A stretch of 63,981 nucleotides of DNA, counting the filler, from Albugo candida (lineage: Eukaryota): assembly GCA_040437565.1 (NCBI GenBank). It is 2 parts of 2 records of this genome, joined end to end, with 100 filler letters (N's around TTAATTAATTAA, not from the genome) between each part and the next. Parts side by side here need not be neighbours in the genome. Positions count along the whole stretch, not along the records: positions 1 to 31,983 come from JBDOQK010000096.1; 1 more part is not named here. One strand, given 5' to 3'. The position numbers and the translations under genes were made by a program. The notes under the pieces are model-generated. The model saw only the letters and a list, made by a program, of their open reading frames with translations. It was not told the DNA's origin and searched no databases. Positions 1-12,927 of this stretch are shown here, one piece after another; position 1 is the stretch's first letter; each line of letters begins with the position of its first letter.

Positions 1-1024
1 TACCTGTTACCATCTGGGTTGAATGTTGACTAGTTAAAGAAGCTGAAAAATGGTCGAAAGATGGCTGCAACGCTGGTGGATGAATTCAAGCAACAAAAAT
101 AATGATAATATCTCAAATTTCGTTGCCCACCACAAGGCTCGTCATGTTTTCTCGTTCCACTTTTATACCTTGAATTCATTTGTGTCACGAAATGCGATCA
201 GATTTCGGAGATCTCTTTGTTTAATATGATGGACGGTGCAATCGTAGACTCAACAATTGAAGTGTTTATAGACAAAAGCACCTATTTGTATTGTAAAACA
301 AAGTTTGCGGTAGTACGAAGTGAGAAGCACTGAAGTCTTCAATTATATCACATCTATGAGATCAATAAAGAGCTGAGGTGCATTTCCCTATGTACTTTAC
401 TGAATATTCACCTGCTTTCCAGCTCTCACTGAGCCCACATGCACTAGTAAATCTAACAAGTAGTAGGATAGGTAGCATCGATCGTCAGCTATTGCATGAT
501 TTGTTGCCACCTGAACATATGCTTTGGTCTACTTGATACCTTTCTTGCACAGAATGACTATCGAGCGGAGAACTTGTTCCTTTCACCACATATCGATAAG
601 TTTTTGTGTGTGCCTATTTCGATTCAACGAGCTGACGTCCCAAGTCTTTCTATCAATATTGTATCCGTTCCTTATATCAAAATGATTTACTACTTGATGT
701 GCATCAGAATTGGAATATGAACGGCATTGGGTGATGGTACACGCACACTTCAATTTGTGCGAATTGAAAAATCACATTGAGATGATTCTTGGCGAATAGT
801 TTCGAATGAGGCAAAAGAATTGCCCATGGAGAGGGCACCCCAATGAGTGTATGTAGTGAGATCTGAGTCGTGTAATTGGAAACTCTTTGCGTGAAAAAAA
901 ACATTGCTCGCTGGCATTGCAAGGTAGAATGATCGTTGTAGCCACATCTCACAGTTAAAGAATAGGGCTGTCACCATCCCAAGCTCAACAGATAGTTGAG
1001 AGGAAAAAACCATGATGAATTGGC

Positions 1025-2249
1025 CTAACAGTCAGCATGATTGTCGCAAGGCACCCATTTACCCTCTTCAACGTACTCTTTGTAAACAAGGACTGGGCCA
1101 TGGTGATCTTTCACACCAGAATGGTATTTCATGACTACGTCATAAAAGGGAAAATTTGCCGCCCTCTGAAGAGCGATGACTATACCCTCCGTCATCGAAA
1201 GAACCATGCATAATCCGATATTGAGTCGGCCAAGACAATGCATGGATCGAGGCCATCTATCCCCGTCAACTGTTCGACGATTTTGTATTTTCCCTTCAAG
1301 ATTTGAGATATGGTATCTGGTTCGACAAATCCGGCAAATATGGTCGATTCCATTGAAGTCTGTGCATAAGGCTTTGGTATATCTCTTACAGTTGATTCTG
1401 ATACATTGTAAGTATATCGCACGGCGTACGTAGTCTTGGCATGAATGGATTGTTCATTGTACTAAGCAATCAGATTGTGCTCTGATCCGTTTAAATTCGA
1501 TTTCTAGATATCATATTCGTTGAGAAAACGGATCAATTCCTGGTGCTTTATAGGGCGCAAAGTCAAACGCATATTCGACATGTGCTCTTTGTTTTTTGAT
1601 AGCGACTATGCCTCCCACCTTCATATTCTCCTTCTTTGCCGCATTGTGCTTTACCATCTCATACGCCAAAGTTTTAATAGCTTTCATCGGCATATGAATC
1701 CACCATCGCTTACTTGATATCTTTTCAACTTTTGCATTCGCGGTTTTCATCAATCATTCTGGAATCTGTTGGTGATAAAACAACACAATAAGTTGAATTG
1801 ATGGAACTTCTTGGTGTTTCTCATCCCGTCGATATACTTGACATGCTTAAGGCCGTATAAATCTTTATAATAACCATGAAGTAGCGTAAAACTCCGCACT
1901 CGGTATAGTTTTCCCCTTACTATCCACCGCCAAAAGATCTTTTACGAGACAAGGCTTCGTGTCGCCTGTATAGAAGTAAACTGCTCGCGGAATTGTTCCG
2001 TGGTGAATGCAAATTTCATATGCTCAATCTGATAATACAAATTCGCAGTTGTAAGCCAGACGTGAGATAAAGCATCCCAAAGTCAAATATGGCCACGCAT
2101 TTTTTTGTCGTGTGATCACGTCTTCGATCGCGTTTGATACATGCTGGCTCATACTGTTTCTGAGTGACTGCAATACATCACCGCGTATCCCCAGCACATG
2201 AGATAAAAAAGAGAGCACACAGCTGAAGGAGGCAGGCTGACGAAGTCAT
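1025..2249 (-). pseudogene. Probable decayed secreted-protein gene (may extend further toward the window start)
   Basis: ATG at 2249 reads MTSSACLLQLCALF. One frameshift in a T run joins it to LSHVLGIRGDV..., giving a signal-peptide-like start. Colinear minus-strand ORF pieces follow (2024-2218, 1511-1753, 1192-1422, 1025-1243), broken by stops and frameshifts. No TE motif recognised. Confidence 0.4.
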
Positions 2250-2600
2250 GTGGAGAATTAGGAAATGGGCAGATTTTGCGGATAAAACTCATATGCCGCT
2301 ACATTGTCCATCTAATATGAAGAACAACGGCTGGAGCGTATGCAGTCGTAGTAGACGTACTTTTCCATGAATGTGTTTGTGAGGAAAGTTTACATATCAA
2401 ATGGATGGAATTCCTAAACGTGCCCTACATATTCATCATAAAATGTCCCATTACTTCCTTTGCGTTATGGAAAACTTGAAAACTATCTTTATGATGCTCT
2501 CCTTTTGATCACCAGAAATGGCTCATCCCTGTAAGCGTAAGTTCAGTATGCGAACTCGAGATTACGAGTAAGAAGTTACTTTCATTCAATTGCATAATGT

Positions 2601-3320
2601 TCAAACCATTTGTCGTCGAGTATGGAGATCGAATCGCCAAAGCAGACATTTAGCCTTTTGTATTGCATCAAACGTCTTCTCCGATCGAGAACGACGGCGT
2701 CTGCATTTGACGAGTTTGAGTCTTCTTCCTCGAAACTGGAAGACGCCTTTACTATCGATGGAATCGGCTCTAATGTCTAACTCACATCGAGCCAGGCAAA
2801 GCGCTGTGAAGTGGAGGAAGTAACTGACCGACAAGGTTTTCTGAAGGCTCGGACAATGTCGAAGCGCTACGTAGTAAGATATCGAGTTGTTTGAGAGATT
2901 CAGAAAGTGGTGGGTAAGGTAAATTGGATGACGGCAAGGAATATGGAGTGATGGAAGGAGCCCGGCTTGACGTGTCGTTATTTGGTGGAGAAGAAGCTTC
3001 AGAGAGATCGCTTTTAAAGTGTTCAAGCCGTTAGAGGAGTTCCTATACGTTACGGACTCGGCGAAGGAAGCCGAGTCAAAAAAAGATGTTCCAAGTTCCA
3101 CATAATGGTCACCTTCGATCCCAAGTGATATCTCTACAACAGCATCGAATCCAAACGCTAATTTAAAACCGCGTTCAATACTGCGGGCTCCCTGTGCGTC
3201 GGATTCAAATGCTTGAAACATGTCACAGCGATTTTGTCGATCCCATTCACGTAGCCATTGGCTCACATGTTGATCTCGAAGCTTTTCGTGAAGCACTTGC
3301 ATTGCCGCTTGAGCACGCAT
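2601..3320 (-). CDS. Hypothetical 239-aa ORF, function unknown (possibly a gene or TE fragment)
   Basis: Long open frame with a protein-like N-terminal half; no family motif recognised; an N-gap lies upstream. Confidence 0.25.
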   Translation of the reverse strand: MRAQAAMQVLHEKLRDQHVSQWLREWDRQNRCDMFQAFESDAQGARSIERGFKLAFGFDAVVEISLGIEGDHYVELGTSFFDSASFAESVTYRNSSNGLNTLKAISLKLLLHQITTRQAGLLPSLHIPCRHPIYLTHHFLNLSNNSISYYVALRHCPSLQKTLSVSYFLHFTALCLARCELDIRADSIDSKGVFQFRGRRLKLVKCRRRRSRSEKTFDAIQKAKCLLWRFDLHTRRQMV

Positions 3321-3698
3321 CTTGGAAGCTGTGTCATCAACAGCTTGATTTTGAGCATCAATATGTGCCTGGAAGGTTTCTGTTTTGAGATTCCATGCGT
3401 TAGAAGACGAATGATGGCGAATGACACGAAAAAAGGCAGTCGACTTTTTTGGTATCGCGTGTATTGAAAAGCATCAACATCCAAACACGTAGGGCGTCTC
3501 ATGGAAATCAAAAGATCTTCTGCTTCTTTAAGGTACTTTGCNNNNNNNNNNNNNNNNNNNNNNNNNNNNNNNNNNNNNNNNNNNNNNNNNNNNNNNNNNN
3601 NNNNNNNNNNNNNNNNNNNNNNNNNNNNNNNNNNNNNNNNNGGTCGAGTTGATAGAGAATGTCCATCGGCATTGATATCTATCCCACCTTCCTCTTTT

Positions 3699-3760
3699 GT
3701 CGGTATGTCGGTATGCCGGTATGTCGGTATGTCGGTATATCGGCGTATCGGTATATCGGT
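3699..3760. repeat. Degenerate 8-bp microsatellite (GTCGGTAT)n
   Basis: About 7 imperfect tandem units of gtcggtat/atcggtat. Confidence 0.8.
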
Positions 3761-3965
3761 TTTCAAATATTGCTCCCTTACTTTCATAGTAGAGATCGCG
3801 ACTTCAAGCACAAACATTCTAATCTTCTACATGTGCCACGGCGGTGTCGCAAACTGCTCCGGTAGACTGTTTACCCAAAACGCATTTTTGCATCTCCACT
3901 CTTCATATTGCATTGCAAGCTCAACGAAAATATGTGTGAGCCGCGAGTTGGCTCAAATTAATATA

Positions 3966-4584
3966 GGGAGCGCCTAAAGTTACACCCCCCTTTGGCCACA
4001 CCCCCTCCAATGCAGGAGCCAACAAGATCATTCCGTATCCATTCTACCAATTAGGTAATTATAATATAAAGCGAATACAATCATTCCGTACCAATTCTAC
4101 CAATCGTAATATTCATTATAATATTCATTGATTCCAATTCTTCAGCGACGTTCGCTGACATCCACCACGCATCCACCACAATGCAAAATTCATTAAACGC
4201 GTCCTATTCCTGCCTCGAAGTCGCGGAGAGTGATGTCAAAAGCTTTGCTAAACTCCACGGATACGCTGTGAGTCGCGCTCGCTCAAAGAAAAGCAAAACG
4301 GGCGAAATCTGAAAGGTTTGGCTGGGATGCGTGCACCAGGGACGCTATGGGAAACCGGGAAGCGGCCTACAAAACACTTCGACCATCAAAATCGGCTGTA
4401 CATAACAGGCTTTTATTCAACTGGTCAACAATTCAGNNNNNNNNNNNNNNNNNNNNNNNNNNNNNNNNNNNNNNNNNNNNNNNNNNNNNNNNNNNNNNNN
4501 NNNNNNNNNNNNNNNNNNNNNNNNNNNNNNNNNNNNGGGGGGGGGTGAGCGTAGCCAACGGGGTGTGTGATTATATGCGCCCCC
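3966..4584 (+). mobile_element. Non-autonomous Mutator-like (MULE) deletion derivative with TIRs
   Basis: Imperfect ~40-bp TIRs (GGGAGCGCCTAAAGTTACACCCC at left, reverse complement ending ...TATGCGCCCCC at right). Exact 8-bp TSD TTAATATA at 3958-3965 and 4585-4592. Internal HGYAVSRARSK...KVWLGCVHQG resembles a FAR1/MULE N-terminus. Spans a gap. Confidence 0.7.
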
Positions 4585-5912
4585 TTAATATATAATATGT
4601 AAGGCTGCACTTCTTGTCAAGTACCAAGTTACTGCATAGTACTAATATAAGATAATAAGTTTGAGCAGTACTCTTACCTGTTCGATAGGCTACAAGCCGT
4701 CTTGGTATGTCTTTCTCAGAATGTAATACCTTTCTGCAGGAGAGATGGATTACCACAGTTGTGAAAATTGACACATTCACTCGTTAGATGGTCTTCGTGT
4801 TAGAATTACAAGGGCTCTAGGCTGATAACCTCTATACATGAGTATAATGCAATAGCTTGTTGCTTCCCAAAAAGTGCCACCTTACTTCGCAATGACGGAC
4901 GCAGCGAGAAGGTTACTCTTCTAAGTGGCACGTCCTCTCTCAGAAGCATAAAACCCCAGAATAAAATGTGAACTTGACTCTATAGACGCATTGTTTCAAC
5001 ACCAAAAATAAAAAAATCCGCGTCACAAAGCTGCAAAACTCTCACGAGCACAGTCAAAGCGTCAAAAAATGGTGAATTTTTTTTCTGTGTTTCCCGTCTC
5101 TTTCAAAATGGTTTATTCTAGTCGTTTTTGCTGCTATATTATGTACTTAAACAGTGTTCCCACGAGCGTGCGCATCAACGTAGCCGATGAATAGCTCAAG
5201 CGTAGAAACGGACTTGAGATCGCGCCTGGAAATAAGAAACACATTAAGATGCCAAAAGTATTGGCGGAACGGAGCTCGCGGTTGCATCGTTTGTAAAAAA
5301 AAGCAGCTCAAAAGCAAAGTCCACACCAAGAACATTTGTGAAAACACATGCCAGTGATTAGTCTATGTGTCGAATATTCAGCGTCGATTCAATGCCGATC
5401 CGAAAAAATTCGACCTACCGGAAGGCACTAATCTCCGCAAAACGATCAAGTACGTCTTGCATCCCACATAATTTATTCTACTTCTCAGAATTTGTACTTT
5501 AAAGCTTTTATACGGTAATGGTCGTATTGTATAACCATCGGAAGGTCAAATCGGACGTGAGATAGACTCTTTCATAGCAATTACATGTTACTGGCCCGTC
5601 CGTGCGCTTCATCGCCAAATCCGTGTGCGAAAATGAACCATTACATTGATCCTCTAAATAAAGCAATTTGGAAGCAACATGAGCATACTTTTTACAGGTA
5701 GGGTCGATTCAAGTGGAGAAATGCAAATTGGTCCTTCTTTATTGGGCTTCATTGCGGTCTTGTGATTGGTACAAACAAGCTCTTGGAATGGAGGGGGGGG
5801 GATTTGGTCGTCATGAGCGCGTGATAATTGGCCCAACGAATGGCCTCCGGACATTCATGCAATCAGATTACGTATCACAGAGCTAGTGGAATTTCGATGA
5901 GGTATAAATATA

Positions 5913-8900
5913 GGAGAGCTGTTATATTCAGTCCCTTTGCCGGTTAGGTTCACTTCCTTTTAAGTCACGTGACCCACATTATTATACATTCAATTATCCG
6001 CCACTGCACATTAGGCGTCTTATTCCTACACCGACACCGATCACGATTAAATGGCGTCTATTTCCGAGTGTTCCCAAACCGGCATCGATTCCGTGGAGCC
6101 TCGCATTTCTGATTTTTATGAATTTTATATGGTATGCCGTTTCTTGATTTTACTCACCAGAACTATCGTTCGAAGCGGAACCACGTCTGCTGTGGCCCAA
6201 TGTTCTACCTCCCCACATCTCCGTTTTCCCATGCGACATTTCTCGTGTTCACACTAGGATGCGTGTCGCCTAATACTGTTCCTGAGGAGATTTTTTGCGT
6301 TAACCGTTCTTCCGTGGGGTTGTCGATTCAAAAACGGGGGTTTGAACTGAACAACAGTGCTCTGGCCATCCTGAAACTTTGGGATAATCGAAATCGCCTT
6401 TTCTTGTTCGGTTTCTGGAAGGAGGTTGATGCGCGCCCGAATCAATTCCCATTTGTCTTCATAATTCTTCTCCTGTGCCTGATCGATTAGTTCTTAACGA
6501 GTTTGTGAGCCAGGGAGGACTAATTTTAAATATCCACGGCTTTTACATCCTTCAGTTCTATTCCACGTGCCATTGAGCGTCGAAATTAAAACGGTCAATA
6601 TATTCCGATTATTAACGATGGCCGCGAGATCCTGTACGTAAAAATTTCCATTGCCGATGAACGGTATCCGTTACACGGAGTAAGTTCTTGCTCGATTTTT
6701 CCATGTTGTAAAAGACATTTCTTTAAAGCCAACAAAGAAATTTTTCCGGNNNNNNNNNNNNNNNNNNNNNNNNNNNNNNNNNNNNNNNNNNNNNNNNNNN
6801 NNNNNNNNNNNNNNNNNNNNNNNNNNNNNNNNNNNNNNNNNNNNNNNNNAAGACATTTCTTTAAAGCCAACAAAGAAATTTTTCCGGAGGCCGACGCAAA
6901 TATTTCTGGAAGTTCCATCAAATGATGCATCTCCTCCTCGCATATCCGACTTTACTCTGCTTCCATCTGGTGATTAAGCGCAGCTGCCAGCTTGTTGAAC
7001 ACAGATAATAAGTCTCCCGTCGAGGCATGTAGGAATTTCTTTACGTGCGCATGGACTCCCTTTGTCCATTATTTTCAAAATGTCGATGCCGTGGAGTACA
7101 AGCGTTTATGAATCGTTACTGTCACGTACTCGGGAACCTCTGACTTCTCCGAGAGACTGCATGAGAACTTCGCAAGCTTCTCATCATATTCTTCCACCGT
7201 TTGTGAAAAGCCAAGACGTTCCCCATTTGCAGAAGCTTGTCGATTCTTTTGAGTTGTTTACCGCTTCTTGCATTTGGCAACGATAGTTTTATTGATATGC
7301 CAAATGCAGAGCGAATTCGATGACTACGGGAAACTTGTCCGCATGGCCACCAAAAGGTCCAGTTCTCGGTCCGTGGCTATCAAGTTTAAATCAAATCCAT
7401 TTTTCCACGCTGCTGAAAATTTAGACGTTTCCCACGAATATTTCTCCTCTTTCTTATTGGCAAGGAAGAAGAGACCTACGGTGAACGTCGTATTGAACGC
7501 GATGATTCCGATGATGTGAAGAAGCGTGACTAGGTAACGTTTCGTTTTATGCCTGCAGACCATCACAACAACGTGATTGTATCGGTCCGCCAGTTGCAAG
7601 CTATTCCGATGCACAAAAAATAGGCCAGTGATGCTTGTTTTTTCTTTGCTTCAAAATGGTGCTCACGGTCACTCTCTTGAATATCATCAAAAAGAGTTTC
7701 TAGGTTGTCAAGGAATTCATTACACTGTTTTATCTGGTTCTTTAAATACCTTCCTTATCCTATCATGACCCCTAACGGTGAGAGTATCACTTAAGTATGG
7801 ATTCAAACCCAGGGAAGGCAGACGTTTTCCAAGCTTATTGCTTGGGTGGACTCAAACCGCTGACCACACTGCCGGGGATCGAACCCAAAGAACTGTTTAC
7901 AGTGGAGTTCTCCTCGCGAGTTGGTTACTTCGAACGTTGCCTTGTGAATTGTACAAAGTGCGCAGGTTTGTGAAGGTGGTTTTTTTTGTCATCCTTAGCG
8001 TTGACAAGTTGCAGCCGTCTTGACACCCGCATATGTCATTTTCTTCTGTTTCCCCTCGTTCTACGGTGAGCTTTCAATGATTTGAATTCTAGGAGAGATG
8101 AAGAGAACAACTGTGGTTGTGCTTACTGTTTATCGTCTTTAACTTCCGCTTCGGATTAATTCGCAGAGGGTAGCAAGGAGCATTCCATGCGTCAAGATGT
8201 TGTCTATCGCCTCCGTATTGGTAATTGAGACAGGTGTGCGCCACCACGGTCACATTTGAAGTATGGATTCTCCGGTAACAGAACGTTCAATACTCACTGC
8301 GTATCCCTGAACAAGAACCCATTTCTGTGCTGCGAAAAAGGTATTCTTCACAGAATCCGTATTCGACCTCTTGTGGATGAGCATGCATGAAGTGTTCGTC
8401 GTATTAGACGGGCAGAAAGGTGCGACGTGTGCTATTTAATCTTTCTGGCACTGCGTGAATGGAAGCATCTCTTTACATACCATTGTCGTTTGGCGGTAGT
8501 AAAGCCTCCAACCTTGATGTCGGAAAAAGTATGTTACACTCGTTGTATCTGAGAGAACGAGAGTGGGGTGTCAGCTACCATTTGCTTCCGTTCTAGCATG
8601 GGTGCCTTACTATAATGAGCGCACTCTTACACTACCATTCTAACGATGCATAGGTAAATTTGGTGGAAGGTAAGTCGCGGAGAGGGAAAAAGGTTCTCCT
8701 TTGGAAATGTGAAGTCGAGAATAAGTCGTTTTGCATCCGGTAGTGAATTCAACCGAAAGGAAGTGAAGATAGCTTTTCTGGTCGCGTGACTTAAGAGGGC
8801 GTGAATCTAATCGAAAAGGGAGGGAATATAACAATTTCCTAATTGAATTTACATTATTTGGGTCACGTCACTCAAAAAGAAGTGAATACAACCAAAGAGG

Positions 8901-8920
8901 GAGCGAATATACCAGTTTCC
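5913..8920 (-). mobile_element. Decayed MULE DNA transposon with transposase pseudogene
   Basis: TIRs GGAGAGCTGTTATATTCAG... and ...GAATATACCAGTTTCC. Near-identical 8-bp flanks TAAATATA and TTAATATA. ORF 7324-7614 matches the MULE transposase domain (K-T-K-RY...LLHIIG...TFTVG...EKYSW...IATDRELDLLVAMRTSFP). FAR1-like QGYAVSIERS..CDRGG near 8250-8350. Confidence 0.85.
7705..7884 (-). mobile_element. tRNA-derived SINE, 5'-truncated copy (starts at the B box), inside the MULE
   Basis: Homologous to 40347-40580 and 59943-60189; retains the B box GTTCGATCC and the 3' end ...CCTTGACAA. Confidence 0.85.
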
Positions 8921-9540
8921 TTAATATAAGGTTTCGATTATAAGGAAACTATTATTTACGGGTTGATTGATTGATAATCACACTCAATATGCACGATTTA
9001 AACCAATAGCGTTGCTTAGACGAGTATGAGCGTATGCACTGCTATGATCGATAGATGCACGAGACTCATACCGCTCAAACCATTATCATGACTGTCGTCC
9101 ACGCCTTTTGAACTCGCATTAGGTATTCTGGTTTCTCCGATAAGTCGTGTGCTTCTCCGAAACAGGAAATAGGAATGCGCCAATATCGCAATCTTAGCAG
9201 GAGCACACATCTGATAGATTGGGATATATTTAATACGCTTGCATCCTGGCTATTTAAAACATTGTAGCACATTGTAATAATACAGCGGAATCATCGCAGC
9301 GACTTCTATTGGGCTTGAAAGCGGTCTAAAATACTCTTTTGATTGTGCGTGAATTTGAGAGCTGCCATTGGCTTGTGTAAAGTGCACGACACTTGTAACC
9401 ATCAATAAGTGAGTGGGGTGGCCAAATTCTGAAGATTTATTAATATATAGGGGTCCAACTACCTGTGTGGACGAGACGCATACTGAAGGAGGCATTGCCA
9501 ACGCATCCGAGCTTCTGTTCTTCCCTGTCTACATTTCATA

Positions 9541-10930
9541 ATGCCGCGGCCAACTTAGCTCCAAAAAATGAAGGCTAGTTCCAAACTGGCTGTGGAAAGT
9601 GAACGTCGAAGGATAGAGGAACCTGCATTCACCGTGTCTGGTAGCACTAAACCCTAAGGGAGGATTTGGAATCTGATGAACAAGAAGCTGAAGGCGTTGC
9701 AAAAATATTAAAAGGAAAGTTCGGCCGGCATTAAGATCCACGCAGCTGGACGCGTCATCGAATATACCTCCACTCTTTGTGGGTGATCGGTGCGCACTGC
9801 AAGGAAAATAACCGCCGCAAACAGACGCACTGCCGCTGGTTTCAGGCCTATGAAAAACTACTGGGCACCTGCTATAGTGAAAACAAACCAGGCTGATGAA
9901 GCGCAAACAACGTAGACCGAAATTGTTTAGGATATTCCATCAGAGAGCGACGAGGGAGAAGAGTCTCTGTGGGCAGAGAGAGGACGGGACACTGCTATTT
10001 AGCCGCTGGTGGCAGTGGGAAACCAGGACTCGATGAAACGGAAGAAGAAGTAAACCGTGGGGTTTCTGGTTTTTATTACTTGCGTCTACGCGGGTAAAAG
10101 ACGCGTTGAAGCAAGTAAGCTGATCACTTAGGGTGCCGGATGAGGAATTTCACCCACGTTTTGTGTCCAAGCTTGGGCGCAGCTTTTCCTCAAAGATGGG
10201 AAACTGCCTTTGTCTCGACAAGGCGAGTATGCAAAACGCCGGGGCTTCTTACAAGACGAAGATTGTATATTGCCTTTGCAGCAATATCTTCGGGAGAACA
10301 AATTCAAAATTGATTATTACATTAACATCCCACATGAATGAAAATATTCTTTCCAGCCTTGGATATGCAACATCGCCGCCAATCAAAGAACGGACCGCGA
10401 TGCGCTGTCTACATTCCCTGAATATCTCGTTCCGTGAAGTTAAAGAACACAAATATATCGATGGACATGAGCGGAAAAAAGTGATTGCTTATCGTCAAAT
10501 GCTCTTGGAACAAAAGCGGAAGTATGAAAACGTTTGCCTGTACTGGAGGTCTTGGATGGAAATGATGAGAATGTTCGTGCTTCGTTGCCAATAGAAGGGC
10601 TGCGACCTTTGATTTTGTTGACACAAAACGTGAGCACCTTTCCCTCCCATGACGACTTGAAACGATTATGGTTGCTAACTGGTGAGCAGCCATTGCGCAA
10701 GAAAGAGCAAGGATACTAAATTCATGTCAGCGCCTTCCTTAGCGGTGTGTGGGTCCGGCGAAAAAACCTTGAAAAACAAATGGTCTCTCCATATCCTCTT
10801 AAATCTCGATATTACGACCAGAGGTCTCGCTCAATGACGGTAACTGGCGTATCAACTGCACTTCCGCAGTCGCTTTCTGCATATGGAGTCCATATAAATC
10901 GTGCCATTTTCGATGCTCCCGTCCCTCCGA
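9541..10930 (+). mobile_element. IS630/Tc1-like DDE transposase relic (YIDGHER family)
   Basis: HKYIDGHERKKVIAYRQ and LILLTQNVSTF.SHDD...LW...GEQPLRKKEQG.IHVS motifs; frameshifted; boundaries approximate. Confidence 0.65.
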
Positions 10931-11054
10931 AGGCAAAAATTCTAATGCATCGACACTTCTGGATCATTGGAAACTGATAGCTCATTCATATCGTTCCAAG
11001 TTCACAGAGAAGAAGTACTTCGACATATGTCTCACAACCTAACAAAGATACCCA

Positions 11055-12290
11055 CTAATACCGAACTTGATGGCTCGTTGAGCCGAAACACGACGAATCT
11101 CCTGACCAACACCATCCATGAAAAATCGTTCCCATCCTCATCCCTGACGTGATATCCCTACCCTTTCGCTTTGGAATGCACGTAGTAAGGGGGGGGGTCG
11201 ATCTTGATACGGGTATCCACGAATGTGACAACCTTGCGTCCGACAATCGCCGAGTTCTCTTGTATCGTAACTGAAGCTGGAAAATATACTGGATACCATG
11301 TGAATACCGTTTTCCATCGCTTTTTTCTATTTCTGTCCACCAGATATCGGACGGAATTTTGTGTTGATCAAAGCCCGCATTCACTTTACTAACGTCACGT
11401 TGATTTCTATAGTTGCAGCAACACTTATGGTACCCGAGTGCAAAGAAAAGAGGCATGAAGGCAATTCCGTTCGATAAAACATACTGCTTGGAGAAGAATT
11501 GAGGCAGAAGGACAATAAGAAAGAAGGAGTCCAAGACACCATACTCACTCATTTAATGACTCTTCTTGAGTGTGTTTGCATCAGTTATGACATCCACAAA
11601 TGTTTCGAGGGATTATGCCAAAACACACTGACGGAGTTGAGAGTAATGACGGCCATCAGAAGAGGAATGGAGCCATTCAAATCCAATGGAGCGTCCAACT
11701 CGTAATCAAATACATCGAGACTCTATAGACGATATGGATTACTTCCAATCCCATCATTGTGAATGGTATCGTCCAACACGAATCGATCGCTATCTTGGTA
11801 AGTCCACACAACTGGCGAAGGTGCTGCGGCGGAAAAAGAGATTGCGATGCCGATGGAATTGGGACCGGATACTGGTCTATCCGTATTGATAACCAAATTG
11901 TTCCCCCCAGTTGACATTGGTTATGTCAGTATCAGCACTGGTAATTTCATTATCAAAAGCCTTTCCTTTTTTGATTCGATCGATGTCATTGAATGATTGT
12001 GTTCTCTGTAATTGACGCTTTCTGTACCATCATAGTTGTTTGAAGAGATCTTCACCGTCGTGGACATATTCTGTGACGATTTCTTTCGTGCTTGCGGATG
12101 CGATGGGGTCTCTGTTTTTGCCGTATCCAAAGTGGAAAGGGATATGATGGATCGGACGACATCATCTTTTCGTTGTCCATGTACATACACGAGACATTAC
12201 AGGCCCCCTTCTCGCGGTATGGAGCTTCAGGGGATTTCATGGAGATGGTTTATTTCATGATTTTCCGAGTCTTTTTACTTGGGCATAAAT
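11055..12290 (-). mobile_element. Possible MULE/FAR1-like transposase remnant
   Basis: Fragment ...RKKSS...VKI...SVNYREHNH resembles a FAR1-type DNA-binding domain; highly degraded. Confidence 0.3.
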
Positions 12291-12927
12291 AATGCGATTG
12301 AGTCAGAAAGATGAGTAAACCGATTCGTAGCCGTTTTCCTGCAAATTACACAGTGTACGTTAAACTGAGTTATTGGTCTAAACGATAATGATTTACAACG
12401 AAATCATAAAAAATTTGGACATTGTGCACTGTTATACTCACAACTTAAGGCTCGACATTCTGACAGAGGTGGCACTAATGATTTGTGTTGCGGGTTTGTA
12501 TGGAAATCAAATCAAGAAGGGTGAAACTATGAAAACTGTTCCAAATCTCGTCAAGGGATAGACGACCACGAAATGTTTGCAAATGCACAATGGGTATTAA
12601 ATCGTAAACCAGAAAAGATTATGGTAAGCCACATCGATGACAACGAAGGCGGTGCATCTCACGTGATTGAACTGACTTCAGCCCTCTGTGTAAGATCCCA
12701 CACGAGATCATCAAGCTATGAATGAAAAAAAAAAAACGATTCAGCTCGTCTCCTGTATTTCTTGACCCACTAGTCTTCAGCCTACAAACGTTGACTAATT
12801 GCTGCAGGATCTTCTAAAACTAGTTTAGGTTCATGCAGTAATTTTTTTGGTCAGACACATCTCAATTCAGATCCTAATTACTTTCCAGCCTTAATCACCC
12901 TGACAATGGCAAACTGTTTGATGCGAT

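Noticed and set aside
6711-6887. Short duplication around a gap (also at 19540-19676)
   Set aside because: Same gap-flank overlap artefact.
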